The notes beneath the pieces were generated by a model. The model searched no databases, had not been told where the DNA came from, and saw nothing but the letters and a program-made list of their open reading frames with translations. Below are positions 38,001 through 46,519 of a stretch of 64,000 nucleotides of DNA, piece after piece. Source of the DNA: Macrostomum hystrix. Its lineage: Eukaryota > Animalia > Platyhelminthes. Positions within the stretch are counted from its first letter, which is position 1; each line of letters begins with the position of its first letter. The stretch is taken from contig CATNEN010000002.1 of NCBI GenBank assembly GCA_950097015.1, forward strand, positions 6,510,001 through 6,574,000, in the 5' to 3' direction. The position numbers were made by a program, and so were the translations under genes.

Positions 38001-38307
38001 AACCCGCAGTTTCCTGAAGCCGCTGCTCACAAATGCTCGGCCACTGCTCACCGAGACCTGCTGCGGCTGCTGCCTTCCACTGGCTCGCCTGCTCACCACC
38101 AATGAGCAGTTGACTCAGGCCGCCGTTCATCGGGACTTGTACTCGGGCGGCCAGGAAGACACGGACATCATTGTGCCGACGGATAGCGGATCACCCGGCT
38201 TCGATGCAGGACACGTGAACAAGGCCGGGCCCGCGCTGCAGGTTGCCATGCCAACCGGCAACGACGGAGATAACAACAACGGCGCCGCTTCGCCGGCCCT
38301 GTTCTAG
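14002..38307 (+). CDS. SLC9A6/7/9: Endosomal Na+/H+ exchanger, NHE6/7/9 type; exons 14002-14203, 19922-20217, 24809-24885, 24971-25074, 33202-33464, 34749-35314, 35389-35452, 36443-36513, 38010-38307 (646 aa from this ATG)
   Basis: Motifs [61 protein letters not shown] and [13 protein letters not shown]. All nine exons join in phase (1941 nt). An extra 5' exon is possible (in-frame acceptor at 13989). Confidence 0.93.
14963..16058. mobile_element. Non-autonomous hAT-type DNA transposon, 1096 bp
   Basis: TIR CAGTGTTGGGCAA at both ends and an 8-bp TSD ATAATGGA (14955-14962, 16059-16066). Subterminal AAAAAAGTAACTTC repeats occur at both ends. Confidence 0.85.
16926..17567. mobile_element. MITE with TA flanks
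   Basis: TA|GGGTAATGTATCATCAACCGAACA at the left end and TTGTTTGGTTGATGATACATTACCC|TA at the right end. Confidence 0.7.
18236..18517 (-). CDS. Small secreted six-cysteine protein (93 aa), intronless, nested antisense in NHE intron 1
   Basis: Signal-peptide-like [16 protein letters not shown], a GC-rich codon island inside an AT-rich intron, six Cys, and TATAAAA about 40 nt upstream on the minus strand. Confidence 0.75.
   Translation of the reverse strand: MKVIVALLFFVAVAAAHYTVQQRDEILDDIVHEMVPFLSVDWGCVKDAGISSSLCILSNLLTCGLSIKPPLIAICLVAKCGGDAAKLVKCIKL
19433..19710 (-). mobile_element. SINE family A, copy 3
   Basis: Reverse complement of the family A head and body (GGAATCGAGCTCAGGGAC, CTGACTTTCTCATCGTC). 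Confidence 0.8.
20295..24781. repeat. ~4.5-kb satellite of a 38-bp unit (AGAGACTGAATCTAGATCTTATATTGGGATGTGGGATT) in NHE intron 2
   Basis: More than 100 tandem copies with recurring variants. Confidence 0.97.
25124..26157 (+). repeat. 5' LTR (1034 bp)
   Basis: Runs TGTAGAGAG...AAAACTCTTCA. Same length as 31312-32345 and no difference seen by eye. TATAAATA at 25463. Confidence 0.95.
26160..26176 (+). other. Putative primer-binding site
   Basis: TGG-starting sequence 2 nt after the 5' LTR. The cognate tRNA was not identified. Confidence 0.6.
26692..29463 (+). CDS. Gag (capsid-like plus CCHC knuckle) fused to a low-complexity spacer, a signal-like helix, a glycoprotein-like fragment and an integrase GPY/F tail
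   Basis: Gag-like [34 protein letters not shown] and [14 protein letters not shown]. Later [22 protein letters not shown], a Cys-spaced segment from PMICP, and YKGPFRV..VHIQRLK. ATG 26692 follows a strong acceptor, whereas the ORF track starts at TTG 26644. Confidence 0.85.
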   Translation: MARRNYQVHRDIKETVGMYTMDKDFNTFIDHFDLVSREYGLQNAEKALLLPPLLQGTAREIYGKLTAAVQQDYQALVTQLRAQFARCGTNRSVLLHKLHNRKMSPTESFLTFVDDIRKIIKALHQPPPLDQGAQPIGPAESAARERQRLEDREQSLILHVINNAQPTLRDRLLRETINTEEQLLRCGMQWEASAPLMTTHNSDTTQLAEQLSKLMQQHQTSAIVPQQQRYSYPQPQQRYLHTSTCYTCGRIGHYARDCRSRGNPRSYNDNRQTNWTRPPRQLSNRNWTNSRQQDSRPSNAIVPYRQQRNPPPPRQPTQVRRQYTQAIEPEYTQTIEPKFKIEDLMPDFSVNVLDELEKQKKEQEINDLHLDNDGAAYITIIESDHSKEPPMPQKETEDTEENNFYYNNESTQEIQNDNTSNDSSCIMGSLFEELSIPSPRESVAFNTCQHIERKQVQQQIKGLFKIPTMSDLSKILQNKEGIDELSTSTEKNNEDHSATNSHNTSEESISMLQILVDDIDLTETPPSTPKYKPDPEYENITHVNSSEGQNGHDKAVNTESYYSKHDRSSQTKSDYNTSMENDDDHIYDEPTTWIDMRTDTTSTVLQTLNTPLTFDMKQPTWYNQQTRPSGCNNPWHFSMRLTPPIGETEDQRYSINTNKPTPPTKVKKKKRHILIRWLFSAIVMLLLPTVVPSSVPMICPTDANIQPVIYKIPTEIKCSYFKTNQTKPIPLTIDVYKANTKKHRQYGIICFRDKHELEKVWYIQWNRIRFWQTALPVTQEECLQWNQTLFSKDGELHADEKIGNSQLFRTKNSANGRYVHWNEYIWPRYTTHKHAFKYKGPFRVTAMISATTARLANIQDPHQPQFYVHIQRLKRITKDTTFLPTLQNPDHTKTTNKHIATAHAETQTTNTPPNNHTYNLRPR
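29594..30244 (+). CDS. Double RING-finger protein 1 (216 aa), cargo of the LTR element
   Basis: CPVC..C-x3-H-x2-C-x2-C..CPLC immediately followed by CMIC..C-x3-H-x2-C-x2-C..CPVC. Confidence 0.82.
   Translation: MDCPVCLEEFSCKLPCICVNKHHVCGSCLSLAHYKKPLKNCPLCRGNLRQCMICNSWRTVQYCQNQHFMCPQCIKKFAYRAIFQCPVCNNTPLLVIYNKFARIKPNYGCQLHPLTYTLFSSNKIIQLLKAWPIPRIAHKTRKNIVRYSLQYGPELRQLSIHDIAQKLFNLVDDMNLHPCPIFCTILPTLILRNEDLSYLLPPHESYEYVNSDQEVH
30266..30889 (+). CDS. Double RING-finger protein 2 (207 aa), paralog of the preceding ORF
   Basis: [19 protein letters not shown] then [19 protein letters not shown]. Shares KxWPxP with ORF 1 in the C-terminal half. Confidence 0.82.
   Translation: MPDCPICLDEQTTLMPICEVGHGTCQQCETAAKQTGNPIRTCPICCRDRVHCLICGNQPQIQICDNRHWSCFTCLEALGSRNIDKCPDCFLRMRAEPLATVQLTPVAVDLLLMNVHDMEPQELRETIKTWPTPLRCQQHRQYLLQLGEHLTRRAEIVTDTEAYLYILEHTEDPAYLQLYKLFWPIAILTVKTQAQIHEYIRHQFSLE
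31297..31308 (+). other. Polypurine tract
   Basis: AAAAAAGGGAGA 3 nt before the 3' LTR. Confidence 0.8.
31312..32345 (+). repeat. 3' LTR (1034 bp)
   Basis: Direct repeat of 25124-26157. Confidence 0.95.
32360..33110. repeat. 17-bp minisatellite (AATCCTACCTGGTTCTT), decaying rightwards
   Basis: Tandem copies immediately right of the 3' LTR. Confidence 0.9.
33545..34685. repeat. 19-bp minisatellite (CATTAGATATCCCATCCTA) in NHE intron 5
   Basis: Tandem copies fill most of the intron. Confidence 0.92.
35565..36180. repeat. 17-bp minisatellite (AAATCCCATTTAGTTTT) in NHE intron 7
   Basis: Tandem copies. Confidence 0.92.
36545..37945. repeat. 23-bp minisatellite with an A-A-B (69-bp) higher-order unit in NHE intron 8
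   Basis: CCAGATCCCTTCATTTCTGATCA twice, then CTAGATCCCTTCATCTCCCATCA, repeated. Confidence 0.92.
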
Positions 38308-39169
38308 TTCGCTGTAGTGGCCTCCTAAAAATAGACAGCAGTGCCAGAATTTGCTTGCTATAAATTAGCTTTTTCTCAACTGTTCTATCTTGTAGAAGCA
38401 ATCTCATTCATTTTCCTTGTCTATCCAGTGATTAATGTGTCTTTTTTATTTTTTTTACTTTTTATACAACTTTTTATACTTATACTACTACTCATAGTAG
38501 TTGAAAAACACACTAGCTAACGATCCACGTGTCTTTGCGCGATTGCACAGCCTTTATTGTTTTATAAAACCTAGCTGTATCAGCTCACCTAACACCTGCA
38601 TATACTAAAAGTACATTGTGGAGTTTAGAACCTCTAGGGTCGGATTCTTTCCGATCGTCACATGCTAACTATTCATTTTAGACATCTCTTTTTATTATCA
38701 TTTTTGCCTCACTCTCTTGTTAATATTTTAGTGTTCGTTTATTTAATTTTTTTCCAGAATTTCAGTTTTGTTTTATTGCAACCACGGAGTTTTACAATGA
38801 CGTGAGGCGGCACACGTCTAGAGCTTTTTTGTTTGTTAATCTGATTGTTTTATAAACTCTGACTATTGTGATTTAGTTTCGGCACATACTTTATTGTATT
38901 CATTCATTTTTCATAGTAAATTTTTCTTACGTTTTGTCATGACAAGCCAGCACTAAACACATTCACATCTTTTGTTTCAAAATTAAAGGCTTGATCTTTC
39001 TATCTCTCTGTGTTGTCAGATTTTTATAGATTATACAGTTTTAATAAACAGTTTACTTTTTTTCTTATCGTCCTTTGAAACAAAAAAGTCGTCTGTTTTT
39101 TACTTTAAAACGAATGAGCTGGTTCTGATTTAGTTCATAATTATTAGGGTCGCTAATGGGCGAAGGTTT

Positions 39170-39245
39170 GGTCACGTGATGCTTCGGTTACGTGATGTTT
39201 CGGTCACGTGATGTTTCGGTCACGTGATGTTTCAGTCACGTGATG
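39170..39245. promoter_or_regulatory. Five tandem E-box units (GTCACGTGAT) at a 16-bp period upstream of the cytochrome b561 gene
   Basis: Motif at 39171, 39187 (GTTACGTGAT), 39203, 39219 and 39235. Confidence 0.55.
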
Positions 39246-39342
39246 ATTTCCGTGTTTTATATTTTATTTAAGTTCATATTCTTTACTTTCTACTGCCAGT
39301 AGCTGATCGCTCGCCAACATTCCATCTTGCAGCGCAGCAGCA

Positions 39343-40017
39343 ATGGTGTCTCATTTCCTGTGCCTCTTATTGGTCGGCTTCTTAGTGTACACCGCCCAGC
39401 CGGGCAGCAGCACATTCAGCTGGCACCCGACCCTCATGTCTGTGGCATTCGGCCTCCTGCTATTCCAGGGCGTCCTGTCCTTCAACCGCCAGTCGTCCTT
39501 TTTTGCCGGCAATCGTGAGCGCCAGACTAACGCCCACGCACTGCTGAACTGGGCCGCCCTGGCCGCCTCCCTGACTGGCGGCTACTTCGTCTGGCGCAGC
39601 AAGGAGGAGCGCGGCCGCCCGCACCTTACTAGCTGGCACTCGTGGATTGGCGCCCTGTGCAATGTCTACCTGCTGGTGCAGTGCCTGGGCGGCGTTGCCA
39701 CCCGCCTGCGCATTGGCGGTGTCCGGCCGGCCGACATGAAGCTGTACCACGCCACCAGCGGCACCTTCATGTTCACCTGCGCCTGCGCCGCCCTGGCCAG
39801 CGGCATGTGGTCTGACTGGTTCAGCGGTCAAGTCACCGGCACCGCCTGGTACGCCTGCTTTGTGTCCGCCTTCCTGCTGGGATCCATTGTGTGCAAACAG
39901 GTGTGCGATCACTACCTGCCTAAACTCACCGCCGGCAGAGCCGCTGATCAGCAGCAGCAGCAGCAGCAAAAGCAGGCAGCGGGCAGCAAGTCTGGAAAAG
40001 GCAGCAAAGCCAAGTAG
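39343..40017 (+). CDS. CYB561D2: Cytochrome b561 domain-containing protein (CYB561D1/D2-like), intronless, 224 aa
   Basis: Six hydrophobic helices. FSWHPTLM, HALLN, HLTSWHSWIG and KLYHATSG supply the four heme His residues. Confidence 0.85.
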   Translation: MVSHFLCLLLVGFLVYTAQPGSSTFSWHPTLMSVAFGLLLFQGVLSFNRQSSFFAGNRERQTNAHALLNWAALAASLTGGYFVWRSKEERGRPHLTSWHSWIGALCNVYLLVQCLGGVATRLRIGGVRPADMKLYHATSGTFMFTCACAALASGMWSDWFSGQVTGTAWYACFVSAFLLGSIVCKQVCDHYLPKLTAGRAADQQQQQQQKQAAGSKSGKGSKAK

Positions 40018-40879
40018 ACCATTATTAACTAATTTAAGTTGATAGTTTACTTTTGATTGTGCCATTAATATCCAACCTGACATTGCGACTCTGGCTCAGA
40101 TTACATTTTCTAGGAAACATTTTGTGGTTTATTTTTGTTTTGATGTCATTTTAATTTACAATTTAGATTTACAAAAATTGGCACAATCAATTCATTTGTT
40201 GTCTGATCTTTTCATTAACATCAAATTAGCACTTTTACCAAATAGGTTTTTAGCTATCTAAGCTTTTCGTTCTGCTGTTAACTAAAAATACCATTGATTT
40301 AGATTTCAGTCTGACTTTAATATCGCTTGATTTTTGTCTTATTAGCTTCTAGATTGTTTAAAATAAACTAAACTAAAGTTTAGTCAATGACGAATGGATT
40401 TACTGAATGACGTCATGATTTTTTGCACAAGTTTAGGCTATTAAGTTTAATTCATTTGTAATTTTACAATATTTATCTGTCTATTCAAATTTGTTGCTTT
40501 TTGTTTTAATCCATTTCATTGTGCATTAACTTTTAAACGCTCGACAGTGTCACGTATGCCATGAATTGACAGGTGATTTTTAACGACCAAAAATCCTTTA
40601 ATTGAATTGAACAATGAACCACATTTGATCAAGTCCGTAGGCTGTTTGCGAAATATTATTGGACCAGTTTTTGTTGTTCTTATTTAATCGCTGCTCCAGA
40701 AAATAATGACCGTTTTTCTTAAAAGTCCACCTTATGGATGAAAATATATTCCGTCCTTTACGTTAGGTTTAAAACGTAAGTTAAAAAACTTTATTTAAAA
40801 ATGAAAAAATTAACAATTTAATCAATCTAAAATAGTTAACAATAATAGCAGAATGAAATATTGCATTGCAGACTCGACT

Positions 40880-41758
40880 ATGCAAACAAAATCCAAAGTG
40901 GCGGCCGCGGCGGCTGTTCGGGCAGGCAGAGCCAAGCGGGACAAGGACGCCATTCGCATCACAGTCGAGCAGGACAATGTCGATGATGACGATTCGGCGT
41001 CATCTGGAAGCGACAGCCGGCAGGAGGAAGAGGTCGAAGACATCGGCAGCGATGCCAGCGATGGCAAACAGAAGAACCGGAAGAAGCCGAAGTCTGTCAC
41101 GGATCGGGCTGGCGGCCCTGCCGGCCTGGCCAACGTGCTGCGCGCCCTCCTGCAGGCCAAGCCAGCCGGCGCCTGCCCGATCCTGGCCAAGGCCCTGACG
41201 GACCGGCAGCGGTTCAAGCCGGCCGCTGATGGAGACGACGCAGAGGCCGGGCAGCCGGACTCGAATGCGGATCTGGGCCGGAAGCGCCGGAAGCTCACAG
41301 CCCAGCATCAGCGCTGGCTCGCCCTCGGCCGCTGCAAGCCGAACCCGTCAGCTGGCGGCGTGGGCGGCGAGCGGGAAGCGGAGCGTCAGCTGGAGCGCAT
41401 CGCCTGCCGCGGAGTCGTCCAGCTGTTCAACGCCGTCAGGGCGCAGCAGAAGACGCTGGAGGCGCGGCTGGCCGGTCGGTCGGAGGCAGGCAGGCAGCGG
41501 GTCCTGGCCTCGCTATCTAGGAATGACTTCCTGGACATGCTGGCTGGCAGGCGGAAGGCGGAGGAAGATCAGAAGGTTGGCGGCGATGCGGCCGAAGACG
41601 ACGAGGAGGACGAGGCGGCTCAGCTGAAGAAGAAGTCGAAGAAGTCCTGGGGAGTGCTGTCAGAGGACTATCTGGTGAAGCCCAACCTCAGCCTGAAGGA
41701 CTGGGATCGGGATTCCTCCGATGAGCAGGAGGAAGCCGAGCCGATGGATGACGATTAG
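40880..41758 (+). CDS. RRP15: Ribosomal RNA-processing protein 15 homolog, intronless
   Basis: EREAERQLERIACRGVVQLFNAVRAQQK, SRNDFLDML, WGVLSEDYL and LKDWD, with acidic and basic termini. ATG 40880 lies 9 nt after a TTGCAG acceptor. Confidence 0.88.
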   Translation: MQTKSKVAAAAAVRAGRAKRDKDAIRITVEQDNVDDDDSASSGSDSRQEEEVEDIGSDASDGKQKNRKKPKSVTDRAGGPAGLANVLRALLQAKPAGACPILAKALTDRQRFKPAADGDDAEAGQPDSNADLGRKRRKLTAQHQRWLALGRCKPNPSAGGVGGEREAERQLERIACRGVVQLFNAVRAQQKTLEARLAGRSEAGRQRVLASLSRNDFLDMLAGRRKAEEDQKVGGDAAEDDEEDEAAQLKKKSKKSWGVLSEDYLVKPNLSLKDWDRDSSDEQEEAEPMDDD

Positions 41759-41984
41759 TGTGCTCAGCCTCGCTTTGAGTCAAGCCCAGCTCGGAATTTC
41801 CTTCCGTATAATTTTCATGTCAATTGAATGATTACCGAAATAAAACCAGCATTTCTGTCCTATCGTAAAATGCACTTTTACGTGTCAGATTTTACGGGAT
41901 TGTGTGTGCTTCTTTGTCCTAAACTTAAGGCTAACTGAAGATTAGCCAATATTGATTAGGATTAAGCAAAAGACTAAGGATTCA

Positions 41985-43880
41985 CTAATAGTAACTGAGG
42001 ATAAAGCAGTAATGACTATGGATTAACTGATAGTAACTGAGGATAAAGCAGTAATGACTAAGGATTCACTAATAGTAACTGAGGATAAAGCAGTAATGAC
42101 TAAGGATTCACTAATAGTAACTGAGGATAAAGCAGTAATGACTATGGATTAACTGATAGTAACTGAGGATAAAGCAGTAATGACTAAGGATTCACTAATA
42201 GTAACTGAGGATAAAGCAGTAATGACTAAGGATTCACTAATAGTAACTGAGGATAAAGCAGTAATGACTAAGGATTCACTAATAGTAACTGAGGATAAAG
42301 CAGTAATGACTAAGGATTCACTAATAGTAACTGAGGATAAAGCAGTAATGACTAAGGATTCACTAATAGTAACTGAGGATAAAGCAGTAATGACTAAGGA
42401 TTCACTAATAGTAACTGAGGATAAAGCAGTAATGACTAAGGATTCACTAATAGTAACTGAGGATAAAGCAGTAATGACTAAGGATTCACTAATAGTAACT
42501 GAGGATAAAGCAGTAATGACTAAGGATTCACTAATAGTAACTGAGGATAAAGCAGTAATGACTAAGGATTCACTAATAGTAACTGAGGATAAAGCAGTAA
42601 TGACTATGGATTAACTAATAGTAACTGAGGATAAAGCAGTAATGACTAAGGATTCACTAATAGTAACTGAGGATAAAGCAGTAATGACTAAGGATTCACT
42701 AATAGTAACTGAGGATAAAGCAGTAATGACTAAGGATTCACTAATAGTAACTGAGGATAAAGCAGTAATGACTAAGGATTCACTAATAGTAACTGAGGAT
42801 AAAGCAGTAATGACTAAGGATTCACTAATAGTAACTGAGGATAAAGCAGTAATGACTAAGGATTCACTAATAGTAACTGAGGATAAAGCAGTAATGACTA
42901 AGGATTCACTAATAGTAACTTAGGATAAAGCAGTAATGACTAAGGATTCACTAATAGTAACTGAGGATAAAGCAGTAATGACTAAGGATTCACTAATAGT
43001 AACTGAGGATAAAGCAGTAATGACTAAGGATTCACTAATAGTAACTGAGGATAAAGCAGTAATGACTAAGGATTCACTAATAGTAACTGAGGATAAAGCA
43101 GTAATGACTAAGGATTCACTAATAGTAACTGAGGATAAAGCAGTAATGACTAAGGATTCACTAATAGTAACTGAGGATAAAGCAGTAATGACTAAGGATT
43201 CACTAATAGTAACTGAGGATAAAGCAGTAATGACTAAGGATTCACTAATAGTAACTGAGGATAAAGCAGTAATGACTAAGGATTCACTAATAGTAACTGA
43301 GGATAAAGCAGTAATGACTAAGGATTCACTAATAGTAACTGAGGATAAAGCAGTAATGACTAAGGATTCACTAATAGTAACTGAGGATAAAGCAGTAATG
43401 ACTAAGGATTCACTAATAGTAACTTAGGATAAAGCAGTAATGACTAAGGATTCACTAATAGTAACTGAGGATAAAGCAGTAATGACTAAGGATTCACTAA
43501 TAGTAACTGAGGATAAAGCAGTAATGACTAAGGATTCACTAATAGTAACTGAGGATAAAGCAGTAATGACTAAGGATTCACTAATAGTAACTGAGGATAA
43601 AGCAGTAATGACTAAGGATTCACTAATAGTAACTGAGGATAAAGCAGTAATGACTAAGGATTCACTAATAGTAACTGAGGATAAAGCAGTAATGACTAAG
43701 GATTCACTAATAGTAACTGAGGATAAAGCAGTAATGACTAAGGATTCACTAATAGTAACTGAGGATAAAGCAGTAATGACTAAGGATTCACTAATAGTAA
43801 CTGAGGATAAAGCAGTAATGACTAAGGATTCACTAATAGTAACTGAGGATAAAGCAGTAATGACTATGGATTAACTGATA
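41985..43880. repeat. Near-perfect 42-bp satellite (ATGACTAAGGATTCACTAATAGTAACTGAGGATAAAGCAGTA), about 45 copies
   Basis: Directly visible. It generates the (MTKDSLIVTEDKAV)n ORFs. Confidence 0.97.
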
Positions 43881-43914
43881 ATTACAAAGGATAACGAACG
43901 AAAGCTGACCAAGT

Positions 43915-44880
43915 GTTAGCCAATAGTATCTATGGATTAGCGGATTAGCCAAGACTAACTGTTGATTAACGGATTAGCCAATACTAACTATGAATTAACG
44001 GATAAGCCAAGACTAACTCTGGATTAGCCAAGACTAACTCTGGATTAGCCAAGACTAACTCTGGATTAGCCAAGGATTAGCCAATACTAACAATGGATTA
44101 ACCAAGACTAACAATGGATTAGCCAAGCATAACTATGGATTAGCCAAGACTAGCCAAGGATTAGCCAAGACTAACAATGGATTAGCCAAGACTAACTCTG
44201 GATTAGCCAATACTAACTATGGATTAGCCAAGACTAACTCTGGATTAGCCAAGACTAACTCTGGATTAGCCAAGGATTAGCCAATACTAACAATGGATTA
44301 ACCAAGACTAACAATGGATTAGCCAAGCATAACTATGGATTAGCCAAGACTAGCCAAGGATTAGCCAAGACTAACAATGGATTAGCCAAGACTAACTCTG
44401 GATTAGCCAATACTAACTATGGATTAGCCAAGACTAGCCAAGGATTAGCCAAGAATAACTATGGATTAGCGGATTAGCCAAGACTAACTATGGATTAACG
44501 GATTAGCCAATACTAACTCTGGATTAGCCAATACTAAATATGGATTAGCAAAGAATAACAATGGATTAGCCAAGACTAGCCAAGGATTAGCTAAGACTAA
44601 CTATGGATTAGCCAAGACTAGCCAAGGATTAGCTAAGACTAACTATGGATTAGCCAAGGATTAGCCAATACTAACAATGGATTAACCAAGACTAACAATG
44701 GATTAGCCAAGCATAACTATGGATTAGCCAAGACTAGCCAAGGATTAGCCAAGACTAACTCTGGATTAGCCAAGACTAACTCTGGATTAGCCAATACTAA
44801 CTCTGGATTAGCCAATACTAACTATGGATTAGCCAAGACTAGCCAAGGATTAGCCAAGAATAACTATGGATTAGTCTAAA
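43915..44880. repeat. Mixed ~9/19/21-bp minisatellite built on GGATTAGCCAAGACTAACT
   Basis: Tandem variants adjoining the 42-bp array. Confidence 0.9.
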
Positions 44881-45020
44881 CTGGCACATCTTTGCAAAGA
44901 TTGACCACGATTCTACCCTAAACTGACCAAGGATTAGCTAAGAAGATTAAGACTAGACTAGACTCTGTTTCAGCTCTCCAGCTAGAGAATCAAAGCGCTG
45001 CAATCGGAGTCAACGCGGAA

Positions 45021-46150
45021 ATGTCTGGCGAATCGAGACGAGTCGGCTTCCTGCCGGCGCTCTCCGCCTACGACCGGGTGCGCAACAAGTGGACTAGAAT
45101 TGTCCTGCTGTCCTTCGCCCTGCCTGCCATCATCTTGTACAAGCAACTCAACAAGCCGGATATTGAGGGCGCTCCCGTCAAGTGAGAAGCTGCTACTTAT
45201 CGATCGAGGGGATAATTCAGACTGGGAACTTGCAGTTCTGAGGCACTGATGGGATCATTAAAAAGGGGATATTACATGCAAGTCTAGAGGAACTGAGGGG
45301 ATTATTCAGATTGGGATATTCCATGCAAGTCTAGAGGAACTGAGGGGATTATTCAGATTGGGATATCCCATGCAGTTTAGAGGAACTGAGGGGATTATTC
45401 AGATTGGAATATTACATGCAAGTCTAGAGGAACTGAGGGGATTATTTAGATTGGGATATTCCATGCAGTTTAGAGGAACTGAGGGGATTATTCAGATTGG
45501 GATAATTCATGCAGTTTAGAGGAACTGAGGGGATTATTCAGATTGGGATATTCCATGCAGTTTAGAGGAACTGAGGGGATAATTCAGATTGGGATATTCC
45601 ATGCAGTTTAGAGGAACTGAGGGGATAATTCAGATTGGGATATTCCATGCAGTTTAGAGGAACTGAGGGGATTATTCAGATTGGGATATTCCATGCAGTT
45701 TAGAGGAACTGAGGGGATTATTCAGATTGGGATATTCCATGCAGTTTAGAGGAACTGAGGGGATAATTCAGATTGGGATATTCCATGCAGTTTAGAGGAA
45801 CTGAGGGGATTATTCAGATTGGGATATTCCATGCAGTTTAGAGTTACTGATGGGAAAATCAATAATTTTCCATTAAGTTAAGGGGATAACTCAAACAGGG
45901 ATCGTGTAACTTCTAGGAAATTTTCGTGATTCCACTCCCGGTTTCCCGCAGGTCCATCAGCACGCTGAGCTTCGCAGACCGCTACCGCACTGAGCGCGCC
46001 TTCAGCCAGTTGAAGAGCAGCAACGAGAGCAGCATGCTGGTGATTGCGCGTGATGCCGGCAAGTCTGTGCAGGTGACCATCACAATGGACGACCTGTGCG
46101 CCAAGGGCTACAGCAAGGCTGTTAGGGACGCCGTGGAGGCTGCCAAATGA
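45021..46150 (+). CDS. Orphan single-pass membrane protein, 119 aa (exons 45021-45181 and 45952-46150)
   Basis: Two GC-rich islands join in phase 2 (AA|G): MSGESRRVGFLPALSAYDRVRNKWTRIVLLSFALPAIILYKQLNKPDIEGAPVK-SISTLSFADRYRTERAF...AVEAAK*. Canonical GTGAG donor and CCCGCAG acceptor. Confidence 0.7.
45215..45850. repeat. 46-bp minisatellite in the intron of the orphan gene
   Basis: GAGGAACTGAGGGGATTATTCAGATTGGGATATTCCATGCAGTTTA in tandem. Confidence 0.92.
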
Positions 46151-46519
46151 TGTTGCTATTGGCGATGCATTGTAAACAATATTTTTTTGCTCGTTTGCAT
46201 GTAGATCATAATGAGTGAAATATATTAGCATTTTTAAACTATTTTTATCTGAATTAAGCCTTTTTAAAGCCAAGTAATTCGGAATGACTATTCGCCTTCG
46301 CATTTTTGATTGTCAACAGTCAACACACACGGATGAACATCCTTATTGAAATTATTGCACTTGCAAACTGGAAGAAGTCCAATGAGCCATTAAGAGAACT
46401 CCTAATTGCAGGGAAGGACTGTTAAGTCTAATTACAGCTGCCAGTCCTAAAAGTTACCGAGCTCTTCAATGCAGCCATGAACTGTTCGATCCATAGCGTC
46501 AAATTAACAGTTTAGAAGG

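Noticed and set aside
42180-43874. (MTKDSLIVTEDKAV)n repeat ORFs
   Set aside because: A by-product of a 42-bp satellite. Variant units introduce TAA or TAG stops and there are no unique coding flanks.
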